Part shown: in pieces, positions 24,297 through 37,899 of the stretch
Layout: each line of letters starts with the position of its first letter
Numbering within the stretch: the stretch's first letter is position 1
Assembly: GCA_964016885.1 (NCBI GenBank)
Contig: OZ024742.1
Coordinates: 170,066,001 to 170,130,000, forward strand
Length of the DNA: 64,000 bases
Source: Eledone cirrhosa
Lineage: Eukaryota
Direction: 5' to 3'
Program-made: the position numbers and the translations under genes
The notes under the pieces: generated by a model
What the model saw: only the letters and a program-made list of their open reading frames with translations
Databases searched by the model: none
What the model was told of the DNA's origin: nothing

Positions 24297-24857
24297 CCCT
24301 TTTGTGACTACATTTCTAATGAAATACATTCTATTTTAATTAATTAATGGAAACATTTTTTTAGAGATTTACCAAAATCATTTATTATGTCATTGTTAAC
24401 CCTTTAGCATTTAAACTGGCCATATCTGACCAGAATTCTCTCACCTCTATCTGTTTAAACTGGCTGTAACTGGTCACTCATACTGATATTAAGGTATTGT
24501 TCTCAAAATAAATAATATCAAACTCTCATTGTTTTGATATTACCTGAGATATTATGTGAGATAAAGCCTTTACTGTGAAAATACAATATTATATATAGAG
24601 TAATGTAAATGCTAGAGGGTTAAGGTAGTATAAAATAAAGTACCGGTCAAGTACTGGGGTAGATGTAATTGGCCCTCCTTCCCCCACCCCACCTAATTAC
24701 TGGTATTGTGCCTGATGTAGAAACCGTTATTAAGAGAGTAACTTAATATATGGATGGTTCTTATATGAAATTATATTGGAAAATTTCAATCTAAATAGGA
24801 ACCTTTTAAAATGAGTAGTTTTGTTTCATAGAAACAGTCAGTTTTAGCCCAAAAAGG
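24297..24857 (+). mobile_element. P2 MITE with nested P1 MITE (24400-24619) and SINE fragment
   Basis: TTAA 24293-24296 and 24858-24861; inner P1 bounded by TTAA 24396-24399 and 24620-24623. Confidence 0.7.
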
Positions 24858-24863
24858 TTAAGG

Positions 24864-25211
24864 CAGAGGTTCTCAAACTTTTTGGGCCACTGCCCACCTC
24901 ACGGCCAAATAATATCCTCAGCATCCCCTCCCCTATTTCCTGAGAGATCTGCCTACACGCAAATTGTAAATAGTATATAATAAATAAAATTGCTAATTTA
25001 TATATAATAAATAATATAATATATACTATGTATAAATAAATATATATATTTTTTTAATTTTACATTTATATATATATGTATCAGTTGATATTTAATATAC
25101 TATTATATCATCTCTATCGCCCCCCCCCCCCCCCCTCACTGCTCCCTTATCCCCCCCCCGGACCTTCTCAACGCCCCCCCGTGGGTGGGGGTTCCACTTT
25201 GAGAACCTCTG
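24864..25211. mobile_element. hAT (Charlie-like) MITE
   Basis: Perfect 14-bp TIR CAGAGGTTCTCAAA / TTTGAGAACCTCTG; 8-bp TSD GGTTAAGG / GGATAAGG (7 of 8). Confidence 0.9.
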
Positions 25212-25574
25212 GGATAAGGTGTATATTTGTTTTTACATTTTAGTTTATTTATTTCACTTCTGTAAACAAACTTAATTGTTATTGGTTTTCCTTTTACTTC
25301 CTGATCTAAAACATCTTGTATATAAACATAATATATATAATAATAAAATAATTTATATTATTACATATAATACATATAAATAATACAATTTATATAGTAA
25401 ATGTAATTTACAAAAGAAACAAGTTCACAGAAATTAATCTGAGATAAAAGAAAAAACTATAATAAGATATATTCAGTTACACACTACAACAGGGAATATT
25501 GGTGTTTCCTTGAATCGAGACAGCATATAATTACAGGTGATAGCCAGGAATAACAGAGCATACCCACCAGGTGT

Positions 25575-25820
25575 TTTAGTAAGGCTGAGGTATGGGAATA
25601 GACAAGCACCTTAACTAGGAGCACTATTTATACTTCAGTAAGGCTGGCTGATGGCAAGGCTAAGGTGCTGGAATAGCGAAGCACCCTCACCAGGAACATC
25701 ACCTAATACTTCAGCAAGGCTGGCTGGTAGTGAGGCTAAGGTGCTGGAATAGCGAAGTACCTTAACCAGTTGCACCACCTGGCATTTTAGTAAGACCAGG
25801 TGATTGTGAAGTTAAGGTAG
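25575..25820. repeat. 76-bp tandem repeat, about 3.3 diverged units, each with a stem-loop
   Basis: AGGCTAAGGTGCTGGAATAGCGAAGCACC-like motif near 25580, 25656, 25732; GGTGCT/AGCACC inverted repeat. Confidence 0.75.
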
Positions 25821-26454
25821 TAACTTTACATATGGTTCTTATATAAAATTATGTTTGAAGATTTTAATTTAAATAGGATTGGTAAATGGTTTTGTTTCAT
25901 AGAACTAGGGCTGGTTTTGGTTCTTGAAATTGCTATTAAAATGATTTGAAAATTATAGGTAGTGTATTTCATTATAAATATGGTAATGAAAGGTTTAAGC
26001 TGCCTAAATGTTACTTTACTTCATGTCTGCTATCTTTCATATATTTTTAGATGACTAGTTTTAAAGGTTTGTGTATTTTAGGAAAAGAACTTGGGTGTGG
26101 TTCCATAACTTGACAACTCAAGGAAACCATTTGCTAGGGGTTGTGATGGGGGTGGGAGTAGTTATCTTTAAATCTAGTTTTTATTTGTTTATATCTTCAG
26201 TCCTGTCTACTTTTGTGATGGATTATAAGAAAGAAAGAAAAAAATAACACTTTATAATAGACATTTAGTATAATAATGGTTTCTAGTTTTGGCACAAAAC
26301 TAATAATGTTTTGTGGAAGGGAAAGTAAATTATATTGACGCCAGTACTTGACTGCTATTTTATTTTATCGACCTCAGAATGTAAAGAACAAATACTGTTA
26401 AGCATTTATTCCATGTTCTAACAACTCTGCCATTCCACTGCTCTAACATTTAGT

Positions 26455-26890
26455 ATAATAATAATAATAATAATTTTTTCTACTTTTGGCACAAGGCCAG
26501 CAATTAATCCAGTGTATTACTGGTACTTTATTTTATCGACCCCGTAAGGATGAAAGGCAAAGTTAGCCTCGGCGGGATTTGAACTCAGATCATAAAGGGC
26601 CGTAACTATGCTGGAAAACATGGCGTCCGACCCTCTACCGATACTGCCAATTCACCGCATAATAATAATAATAATAATAATTGTTTCTACTATAGGCACA
26701 AGGCCAGCAATTTGAAGGGGAAGGGGAAAGTCGATTAAATCGATCCCAGTGCATTACTGGTTTTATTTATTAACCCCGTAAAGATGAAAGGTAAAGTTGA
26801 CCTTGGCAGGATTTGAGCTCAGAATGTAAAGGGACGTAACTCTATGCAGCAAAGCATGTCTGATTTTGTACCGATAATGCTAATCCACCA
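26455..26890 (-). mobile_element. Two tandem family A SINEs with (AAT)n tails
   Basis: Reverse complements of short (26455-26660) and long (26660-26890) forms. Confidence 0.85.
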
Positions 26891-27288
26891 ATATTTTTGG
26901 AACATTTAAGTTAAAGTTAATTGGAGTATTACATGAAGAATACACATTAAAAAAAAAACATAATACAAACATATTGTTTATCATCATCATTTATTGTCCG
27001 TTTTCTCTGCTAGCAAGGGTTTGATAGGTTATCACATACCAAATCAATACTTAGGCAGAGTTACTGAAGGAAAGTTTCAGAATAGGTTAAAGTAATTATC
27101 TTATAATAAAACAACACTAACAAAATCTCTTCCCAATTGCTATCTTTATAAGATATTAGTATATAGTCTGCTGAATAATTTTAATAGTTGAAAATCTATT
27201 AGTGGAATAAGATAATATTTTACATGTGTACAGAGTCTTATTCTTGTTACACAAACTGTGACCACTTCAATACATCTATCTCTTAGGT

Positions 27289-27711
27289 CAAAAGTCTCAA
27301 ACATGCGACCCACAGCAGAACAATTTTTGTGACCAATTTTTGTTTTTTGATGTGGATTAAAAAAAGTTTTTTTAAATTTTTGCTGAGGGTGTCTACTATT
27401 TCTTTAAATATGATAAAACTTTGAATTTTGCTTTTGTTTTTCTTGTTTTAATAATATTTATCAGAAATAAAAACAGAAAATAAAAGGGAATTTACTAAAA
27501 GTAAAGACAATTAAGGAAAATTTGAAACAGAATTAATTCCTATATCCTACTTATTATCAAAAGTTTTTGATGAAAAAATACATAGCAGCCTGTAAGCTGT
27601 ATTGTAGATTAGCATTTTAACTGGTGACCCCCCCCCCCCTCACTTTTGGCCTGCTGTGCCTCTTCCCCAAGACATAATGACTCTTTTGAGTCCTTGAGTT
27701 TGAGACCTCTG
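27289..27711. mobile_element. hAT-type MITE, older
   Basis: TIR CAAAAGTCTCAAAC / GTTTGAGACCTCTG (12 of 14); subterminal GCGACCC/GGCC motifs; TSD not clear. Confidence 0.6.
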
Positions 27712-30700
27712 ATATTTAGTTTGTTGAAATATTTTAATGGTTAAAAAATCTATCAATAGAATGAGGTAAAGTAGTACAAGTGTACAGGGAATTATCACCT
27801 TGTTATATAAACTGTGTCCACCTCACTACATCTATCTCTCAGGTGTTGAGTATTGTTTCTTTAGTATGTTACTTGTGAAGGTTTATTTGAAATTCCTGCT
27901 GTTCTATCAACCTTTATAATTAACATTGAAGACTGTGAAGTTTAGTAGATGAAAGGTAGGAAAACCATCACACACACACACATATATACATACATATATA
28001 CATACATACACACACAAATATATATGTATACACACACACACATCATCATCATCTTTTAACGTCTATCTTCCATGCTATACACACGTGTGTGTATTTGTAT
28101 GTGTGAAAATAATCGATCAATGAAAGGGTGATATTACATAATAGCTTTGTTTAGGACAGAGAATTACCTTTTAAAGTAGGCAAATGTTTAGATGCTCACA
28201 TTACGGCAGCTTCAATGACAAGTGTTCCAGTTATTTGATCAATGGAACAGTTCGCTTGTGAAATTATCATGTAAGTGACTGAGCATTCCACAAAAATGTA
28301 TACTTTTAGGGAGATTCAACATGACTGTGTGTGAGAAGGCTGGCCCTTTAAAATACCGGTACACAAATACAAACACGCACGCACGCACGTACGTGTGTGT
28401 GTGTATATATATATAATGGCCTTCCTAGTTTTCATCTACCAAATTCACTCACAAGGCATTAGCTAGTCTGAGGCCGTAGTGAAAGACACTTGCTCAAGAT
28501 GTTGCTCTGTTGAATTAAACCTGAAGCTATGTGGTTCCAAAGCAAACTTCTTCACCACGCACCCATACCTCTTCTATCAAATATGATGCCGTTAATTGAA
28601 TAATTTCCATCCTTCTTCGGAAGGAAGCATTCTTTCTGTTCATGTTTTGTCTGTTTGTAGAGCAAATATTTAACCGCCACCTGTTAGGTTCTTTAATCAG
28701 TCATCATTTATCTCTTTAAAATAGACCCAGCATGGCTGAATAGTTAAGTTCATTTTGCAATTATTAGGTCCCAGGTTCAATCCCATTGTGTGGCATTTTG
28801 AGAAAGTGTCATTTACCATAGCCTTAGGTCAACTCATGCCTTGTGAGTGAAATTGGGTAGCAGGAAATTGTTTGGAAGCCTGTTGGATGGAGTGTGACTG
28901 TAATTCAAAGGGCCAGCCATGATATACACTGTCATGCTGAATCTCCCTGAGAATTACGTTAAGGGTACAAGTATTTGTGGAATGCTTAGTCTCTTAAACT
29001 ATAATACAATATATGGACTGTACTTGTATTTCAAAGGACCAGCCTTGTCACACACTGTGTCATACTGAATTGCTCTAAAGATTATGTTAAAGTTACATGT
29101 GTATGTGGAATGCTCAGTCACTTACATGTTAATTTCATGTTAATTGAACAACTGGAACATTCATCATCATAGAAACCAATAGGGGTCCATTCCATAATGA
29201 GTTCTTTATAGATATCATATTATATAGGGAGCATAAGTGATTTTCTTAGTCATGGCTGGTTGTATCATTTCATAGAAGTCTTCTAGAACAATCTTAAGCT
29301 ATTCTACTGGCTGACTGACTGGGGATTGTTTTGCTATTTTAAAGTTTCTCTCTCCTCACCTTCCACTACCACCAACACCCCCTCATTGTTACCCCCTCCC
29401 CCATCTCCACAGTCACCAAGCTGAGAACCGTCAGTTTGATGGTCTGTTGACTTGATAAGTGCTTGACAGTCTAATTGAAAGCTAAAATTGGTACTCCATG
29501 GCCTCTGTATGTCTTATAAAAAACAATGGACGTTCCTCCCCAGGGATAGGGGTGTCAGCCTTAGTTAGGGTTTTTATGGAAGACCAACAGTGGCCCAGTA
29601 TACAAATACAAGTCTTTTATCTCCATGACATCCATGTTGTCTGGTATAAAACCAGGAACTGATGCAATTTAATACCTGTCGTTGCAGGCTTTATACTGAA
29701 ACTCTGTTAGGGAGATTCAATGTAACACAGCGTGTGACAAGACTGGCTCTTTGAATTACCCCACTTCAAAGTAACAACCTTAGATATCATCACCATTGCA
29801 CCTTAGTAGCTACTCTCTTTACCCCTTGTCCACTCGCCTTTACCACCCCTATGACCACCCCCTCTTTCGAGCACATCCCACACACCACTACATCCCCTCT
29901 CCCCATGCACTAACCAGCTACCCCTATGCCTTACCCTCTAACTATTTTTCCATCATGCCCACACCCACACCATATCGATCACATCCCCCATGCCACTACT
30001 TCCACTAATCAGCCACCTCTACCCAGCCTCACAAACATCTATAACTTCATACTTGGTGATCTATACAATAAAAGCATCCAGTACATGCTGTGAAGTGGTT
30101 GGTATTAGGAAGGCCAACCAGCCATAGAAAACTTGCCAAACAAAGGGTTGGGAGGATCCTTCAGTTTGTGTCAAAGACATGACAACTTCTCCACAGTACT
30201 CAATAATGACCGTACGTAAGCGGGATACAGACCTCATGGGCCTGACTGGGACATATTTTTCTGAAATATATGAGGTTCAATTCCTTGTAGCAACCACTAG
30301 CCACTTTTTTTCATTCTCTAGGGGGATTTTACCTGATTTTGTAAGCTATCATTTATAGCCATTGACTGTGGTTTCAGTTATTTTCTGTCTCTGACTTTCC
30401 TACATTTTCTTAGAACTTTATAAATCCACAGCACTTTCAAAGTTCAATACTTTGCATACACTGTTTATGTGTGTGTTTGTGTGTGTGAAAAAGTTATACT
30501 ACTTTGAAAATAGAGTGAAGTACTGTCAGTTGGTTCTACTGACAATACCTGAAATAGGCCCCTACCCAGGGATAGTTGAAATGAAGTAATAGATAAGTTA
30601 GTAAACAGCATATCATTAATGCTATGAAGATGAAAATTGATTTCTTATTTAGGTACAAGGCCAGCAAATTTGGGGAAAAAGAAAGAGTTGATTAAATTAA

Positions 30701-31274
30701 CACCAGTATTTGACTTGTACTTTATTTTATCAACACCAGAAGGATGAAGGTAAAGTTAACCTCGGTGGTAAACATGAAATCATATTAACACCTTTTATTG
30801 ATCAGGTATCATATTTGTTACACCTTAGAAGTCATCACTATAGTAAAGGTATTTTATTAATTATATCTTTGTCTAACCCATGCCAGCATGAAAAAATGGA
30901 CTTAAAACGATGATGATGATCTTTTATTATTGAACATCACAACTATTAATTTCTTCCCCTAAAACTACAATGTAGAGCTATAAAACATAGATTAGTTGCT
31001 CTATTTTTAATGTAGTTGGTGTCACTATTGATTCTCTTGTATTTACAAATATTTATTATTTAACCCAGTCACTGACAAGTTTTATATAAATGTTATGAAA
31101 ACATTCTGTCATATTTGATTAATTGTAAGCTCAGCATTTTATAGTTTCTATGACACCAGCATTTTACTAGTATCTTTTCTCATTCTCACAAGTAAAGGGG
31201 GTTGATTTAAAAGAACTTATAAACTAACTGAGTTATATAGTTTTACATAGTGAGTTTTGTAGAAAGCATTGGAG

Positions 31275-31390
31275 AGAAATGAAGTGAGCATGCTCTGTTG
31301 GCTGTGCATGGAGGAGTTGAGAGAAAAATTGGGTATAAGAGAGAACTGTGCAAAAGAGAAAGCTGTACTGGTATCGACATGCGATGCATC
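31275..31390 (+). mobile_element. Decayed RTE ORF C-terminal fragment
   Basis: GAGTTGAGAGAAAAATTGGGTATAAGA...TGGTATCGACATGCG aligns with 57225-57305 (ELREKL.IR...RL.WYGH). Confidence 0.55.
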
Positions 31391-31482
31391 TATAATATAA
31401 TAAAGGGAGGAGTGCGGGGCAGCGTCCATTTTATATTTTTTTATCCCGTTAGTAAAATAAGTTGGATTACATTGAATAAATA

Positions 31483-31658
31483 ATTGTTTCTACTTTTGGC
31501 ACAAGGCCAGAAATTACCCCAGTGCATTACTGGTACTTTATTTTATCAACCCCCATAAGGATGAAAGGCAAAGTTAACCTCAGCGGGATTTGAACTCAGA
31601 CTGTAAAGGGACATAACTATGCTGGAAAGCATGGCATCCGACCTCTACCGATACTGAT
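31483..31658 (-). mobile_element. Family A SINE (short form)
   Basis: Reverse complement of 37623-37803 type. Confidence 0.85.
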
Positions 31659-32497
31659 AATGAATGAATATTATATAATTTATCTACTAAATTTTGTAGC
31701 TCTCAATTAAACATAAATATTCTTATATATAAAGTATTGCTTATTTTAAGATTCACTTCTTTAAAATTTTCAAATGTCAACACTTCCGGTTAGTGTCCAT
31801 TATATTATGACACTTATTACATCATTTATATAAACGTTCATATATTTGCATCGTTATATAAGGTTTATATTTAGGTCACTAATTTTCTACTTTTTCGTTT
31901 TCATAACATTTTAGTTTATTATATATGCAGTTTATATATAATTTCATCTTTTTTTTAATGTATCATGGATTACTTTACTGATTACAGAAGTAAGTGTAAC
32001 ACAGTCTTCGTTCAATTTCTGTGCATAATATGTCAATTATGATTTCATTTGATGTATCATATCTACATGCATATATATTTACGTATAATATCAATATACA
32101 CACTACACATGTTAGCAGAAAACCACTCGAAGGGTGGTTTTTCTGCTAGTATAAGTAATGATTATTGGATGAAGTGCCAGGAATTTCCTGCGGAAGGAAG
32201 CTGCAGTAAGGGCAAACTGAGACAGAATGTATGAGCAAATCTCAGTGCTGAATCTCACAAAGATGATGATAAAGGGATGCAAGGAGTTGAGGTAGTGTGC
32301 ACTTGAGAAGACCTGTCCAACCATGCAAGTATGGAAAAGTGGATATAAAATAATAACTTTGCTGAGGATTCATCATATTGATCTTTCTTTCAGAAATAGA
32401 ATCTATATTAAATGTTTATCTTTTTGTCAGGGAAAAGAAAACCCCAAACAAACCAAAAATGAAAAAAATAATGTTACAACAGTTGATTGTTATAAAT

Positions 32498-32670
32498 AAT
32501 AGCTTAGAAACTCCTGTAAAATACCCCTAGAGACTGAAAAAAAGTGGACAGCAGCTACTACAAAGATTCAGACTGTATATTTGAGAGATACAGAGTTTGA
32601 TCCTTTGTAGCAGCTGCTGGCCACTTCTATGCCATCCATCGGGGTATTTTACCCGATTTTGTAAGCTATT
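32498..32670. mobile_element. Palindromic foldback element/MITE
   Basis: About 80-bp arms are reverse complements (AATAGCTTA...GTAAAATACCCC...AAGTGG.CAGCAGCT.CTACAAAG); a half copy occurs at 30270-30420. Confidence 0.7.
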
Positions 32671-33451
32671 GACTATGATTACAGTTATTTTCTGTTTGGT
32701 ATTCCTACATTTTCTATAAATTTCAAAACTACCAGATGTTTTATTGGTTTGTAAGAAAAAGTCTTGTTTTGTATTGACTTAGGCAGAGAGTTAGCTCAGT
32801 TGTTAGTGTGTCAGATTAAAAACCTTGGTATTTGTTCTGGCTCTCTGTACTCTGAGTTCAAATTTTGCTGAGGTCAACTTTGTTTTTCATCCTTTTGGGG
32901 GAAATATACGAAGTACCAGTCCAGTGGTGGTGAGCTTTCATTGGCTAGGTGCCCTTCCTATCATCTATCACTTAGAGTGTATTGGGTTCATTTTATCATG
33001 TCACCAACACTAGAGAGGTTGTGCCTTTGACATAACTGAAGAGTCCTTTCAAATTCCTTTTTTGGGGCAAGTTTTTACTGCTGGATGCCCTCCTTATCAC
33101 TAACTATCTTACAGGGTTTACTGGATGCATCTTTCATTGAACTAGCACTACTTTAAGGAAAAATATTTTAGATTCAAAACTACTGAACAACATTTTGATG
33201 AGTGCAGCATTAAAATAGCTGTTGCTGGTACTCATTATTTTTCCACAGTTGACTGGACTAGAGTAATAAAAAAAAAAAAAAGTTTCTTGCTCAAGGACAT
33301 AACATGCTGCCTAGTCGTGGAATTGAACCCCTGGTCTTACAATTGTGTGTCCAACACCTTAAACTGGCCATGCAACTTCGCAAAAATCTCACACAAGGTC
33401 TGTTATTTGTTTTTGTTTGTTTTTTCCTAGAATTATTTATTTGTTATTAGG

Positions 33452-33745
33452 GGGTGATTGGCAGAGTTGTTAGAACGTTGGATACAATGCTGTGTCGTAT
33501 TTATCCTGGCTCTCTGTACTCTGAGTTCAAATCCCACTGAGGTCAACTTTACCTTTCGAGGCCAAGAAACAAAGTACTAATCAAGTATTAGGGTTGATTC
33601 TTCCTCTGTATCTTTCTCACTTTCTCTCTATTACTCTCTCTCTCTCTGGAAGAAATCAGCTGTGTTAAACCTAGAGAGGTTAAAAAAGGGCCAAGATACA
33701 CTGTAATGTAACTAAGGCACCCCTACAACTATGGATCCATACATA
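33452..33745 (+). mobile_element. SINE family B
   Basis: Head, core and tail ending GGATCCATACATAC. Confidence 0.75.
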
Positions 33746-34140
33746 CCTCTATATATTTATATATTTATTAATTTATATTATAATTTATTTATTTTTAAAA
33801 AGTTTCTGATGAAACTGAATTTGAAATGTTTTATTAAACTGTCAAAACAATGTTATTTTAGTGACATGCTAGTGTCCCATTTTGATTTAGATTTAATTTG
33901 GTTACTTCTGCAATTTACTTCTTCCAGAAAGGAGTTAATTCTATTTTCATGGCCTTGGCGACTGCCATATGGAGGAGGAAAAATTGTTTTCATCTTTTAT
34001 TTTTTGCTCAGTTTGTATATTGTTCTTTCTCACAAGTTAACCCCTCTCCCCTCTTCTCAGTCTGTATATTGTTTTTTCTCACAAGTTAACTCCTCTCCCC
34101 TTTCTTTCCATCCTCCCATTCCATATTATTACTGGCTCTC

Positions 34141-34141
<1 letters not shown>

Positions 34142-34214
<73 letters not shown>

Positions 34215-34304
34215 AAGACTCTGCTCTGTTTGTGTGTGTGTGTGTAAAAGACTGCTCTGTTTGTGTGTGTGTGTTAAAGACTCTGCTCTGTCTGTGTGTG
34301 TGTT

Positions 34305-34347
<43 letters not shown>
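34142..34347. repeat. (TG)n, three TAAAGACTCTGCTCTG(T)TTGTGTG units, and (TA)n
   Basis: Seen directly. Confidence 0.9.
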
Positions 34348-34349
<2 letters not shown>

Positions 34350-34877
34350 CTGGCTCTCTACTGTATATTTATTGTTTCCTGTAATTATTCTTCATAGAAA
34401 TGTTTCACCAACTTTCTATTAGGGAGTTGTTTTTTTTTTCTTATATCAGTATTAACTTCTGATTTAGAATCCCTTACACATATACTCTATACTCTCTTTC
34501 TCTCTCTGCCCCCCCCCCCACACACACACTTCTCTGATGTGTGTGTGCACATATACCCTTCTGTGTATATGTACCTTTATGTTTGTATACTAGTTTTCTG
34601 TTTTACCCCTTTTTACATAGCTTGGTGGATCTTATATATTCAATTGTTGAAGGATTCCACTTCACATCAACATACTTCAGGATAGATATAAACTACTTTT
34701 ATTATTAAAAATAATTTGATATTTTCTATTTTAAACTTTTCATTACCATGTTCCTTCCTCATGAAATACCCATGCCATGTGTTTCAGTTAAATTTGAAAA
34801 TAGGCAAGAATTTGGAAGAATTTAGTAAGATATTTAACTTTTTTTATTATTAAACTAGTGTTTAGTGTATGACTTAA

Positions 34878-35097
34878 CCCTTTAATGTTCAAACCGGCCA
34901 AAACCGGCCAGAATTCTCTACCTTTTTCTGTTGAAACTGGCTGTAACTGGTTACTCAAACTGATGTTAAGGTATTGTTCTCAAAATAAATACTTTTAAAA
35001 TCTCATAGATTCGATATTATGTGAGATAATTATGTGAGATAAAGCCTTTACCATGAAAATATAATAGTATATATAGAGTAATGTGAATGCTAAAGGG
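34878..35097 (+). mobile_element. P1 MITE nested in a P2 MITE (about 34735-35160)
   Basis: TTAA at 34874-34877, ends TGCTAAAGGG; P2 sequence continues on both sides. Confidence 0.8.
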
Positions 35098-36232
35098 TTT
35101 GAAAGGATTATTCATAAAATTATGAGAGAATTTTTTTTATTTAGATACAAACACTTTACAATGAGAGTGAAAAAGCTAAAGTAAATTTTAGGCTTTCTTT
35201 TTGGTACCAACCAGCCTCTGTATGACAGCCTCTGGATTTTTGATATAAAACTATTTTCTTTAAAGTATTTATATTTTAATTAAAATCCTCCAGCATGATT
35301 ATATATAAAAACCATGTTTTAAGTTCTACTCCAAGCACGAGCTTAATAATTAGAAATTATTATTTTAATAAATCCCTACAAACTTTTGTATATCTTTAAA
35401 ATTAAGTGAGACATGTAGACTGTATTTCTATTGTCCTAGTTTTATGGTATAAAACTGTCCATTTTAAATTGTTCATACTTTATTGTAAAACTTTTCAACA
35501 AAAAGTTATATTTAAGAAATTTTTCTAAACATCAGTTAACCTATGAAAAAAAAAGTCATTTTATTAAATTCCTCTAAATTTTGGTTTATTTTCAATATAA
35601 ATTGAAACAAACAGGCAGTGTATTTCATTACACATATAGTAACAAAGGATTTAAAACCTGGAGCATTTTCAGGTGCGTTTGGTGTCAAAATGGTTAAGCT
35701 GCGCCACTGAGATTAAATTCATTTCTAGCAAGAGAACATGTTGCTGGTATAGAGCATCTGACAAAATGCTTTCCTGCCAAGTTCAACTTTATCTTTCATC
35801 TTTCCTGGATCAGTAAAATAAAGTACCAGTCAAATACTGGGATCCATGTAATCAACTTTCTTCTCAATCACTGAAGTTGATATAATTGCTTCTTACAATG
35901 CACAGTGATATGGTCTACTTATTCTAAACCAGATACAAGTATGTGAGTCAGGTTGTTGGACTCAGAATCATAAATTTGTGAATTTAATCCTTGGACCAAG
36001 TGGTGTATTGTATCTTGAGCAAGATACTTCATTTCATGCATTCCCACCCTACCAGTAAAAAATATTATTTCTCAAAACTGTGCCCAGTGACCTGGTTTCC
36101 TATCCCTTGTATCCTGTTGCTACAAAACGTAATCAACATTGTACTAGGAAACTATTGTAATCAATAGGAATGGTGATCTTTAAAATACTGGCAAAAACAT
36201 TGACGAAAAATAGAGCAGATTGTCACAAATAT

Positions 36233-36617
36233 ATCATCATCATCATATGTCCGCTTTTCCCTGCTTGCAAGGGTGGGACGGGAACTGATTCTGGCTTGAT
36301 TTCTACAGCTGGATGCCCTTCCTAACACCAACCTCATTTACAGTGAGTGCTGGGTGCTTTTTTTTACCGTGGTGCCTACACGTCCACTTTACAGTGTGGG
36401 CTGGGTGTTTTTTTTGCCATGGCACCTCCAAGACCACTTTGCAGTGGAATGATATGGACCCAGTCCCTACCATCTCATTTCTACAGCTGAGTAAACTGGA
36501 GCAATGTGAAATAAAGTGTCTTGCTCAAGGAAACAACACATCACCCGGTCTGAGAATTGAACTCACAACCTTTCGATTGCAAGGCCAATGCTCTAACCAC
36601 TAAGCCATGTGCCTCCA
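36233..36617 (-). mobile_element. CORE-like SINE with RTE-type tail (young)
   Basis: Near-identical reverse complement of 38643-38980 with one extra internal repeat unit. Confidence 0.9.
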
Positions 36618-36858
36618 TATATTCCCAGTAAAAAGCACCCAGCACACACTATAAATGTGGTTAGCTTTAAGAAGGGCATCCAGCTGTAAATGTGGTTAGC
36701 TTTAAGAAGGGCATCCAGCTGTAGAAATCTATCCAGAAACAGTTCCATATGAGCAAGACACGGTCGTCACCTGACTCAACTTACCTCAAATGGGATAACC
36801 CATCGAACCCATGTTAGTGTGGAAGGTGGACGTTAAAAGATGATGACAATGATGATAA

Positions 36859-36916
<58 letters not shown>

Positions 36917-37622
36917 AATCTAACAAGTGTATAGTTGGAGTTTTTCTTATTGATTAATTGGTATTCCAGCTGTCACAACTTCATCTTCTTTACTGCCATA
37001 TTATAAACATAACAATTTATCCAGTATAGTCATTCATTTTTAAGGTGGTAGGATGAAGTTTGAAGGGTCTTTGGCAGCTATTTCTAGTAAATCGAATAAC
37101 CACTAAGAGGTTCGTTTATTGTCCTATTACTCATTGTTAGCTTGGCTCTTTTTTAATAAGTAGTTTCTTGTGTTAGTTCATAGATGATGATAATGATTGT
37201 ATATATTTATAATCTTAGAAAATTAATTCTTTCTTTTAGTCTTTTAGTCTTTCTTTTAGTCTTTTACTGGTTTCAGATATTAGATAGCAGTCATGCTGGG
37301 GCGTCACCTTGACTTTAGTCAATTCATATCAACACCAGTACTTTTTGTAACTTAGGAACTTATTTTATTGATCTCTCCACATAACTTATGTTATCAAAGG
37401 GGAAGACAAAGGCTGATACAGCTTAGCAACTCATCTTTTCCAGCTGAATGAATTGGGGCCATGTGAAATATAGTGTCTGTCTCAAGGACACAATGTGCTG
37501 CTTGGTTCAGGAATTGAAACCCTACGATTGTGAGCCAAACACACCTTTCCACTAAGCCACATGCCTTCATAAACTAGATATATATCCACATACCCATCAG
37601 AACTGTCATTATTGTACTTTAC

Positions 37623-37803
37623 TTGGCAGTATCGGTAGAGGGTCGGACGCCATGCTTTCCAGCATAGTTACGTCCCTTTACGATCTGAGTTCAAATCCCG
37701 CCGAGGTTGACTTTGCCTTTCATCCTTACGGGGTCGATAAAATAAAGTACCAGTAATGCACTGGGTAATTGCTGGCCTTGTGCCTAAAGTAGAAACAATT
37801 ATT
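37623..37803 (+). mobile_element. Family A SINE (young short form) with 15-bp TSD
   Basis: TSD ATTATTGTACTTTAC at 37608-37622 and 37798-37812; B-box GAGTTCAAATCCC. Confidence 0.92.
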
Positions 37804-37861
37804 GTACTTTACAGTGTTTTTTCATTTATGTATCTATATATAACTATATACACAGCTAACA

Positions 37862-37899
<38 letters not shown>

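Noticed and set aside
33731-34384. 217-aa ORF
   Set aside because: AT-rich sequence plus (TG)n/(TA)n; no domain or coding-like composition.
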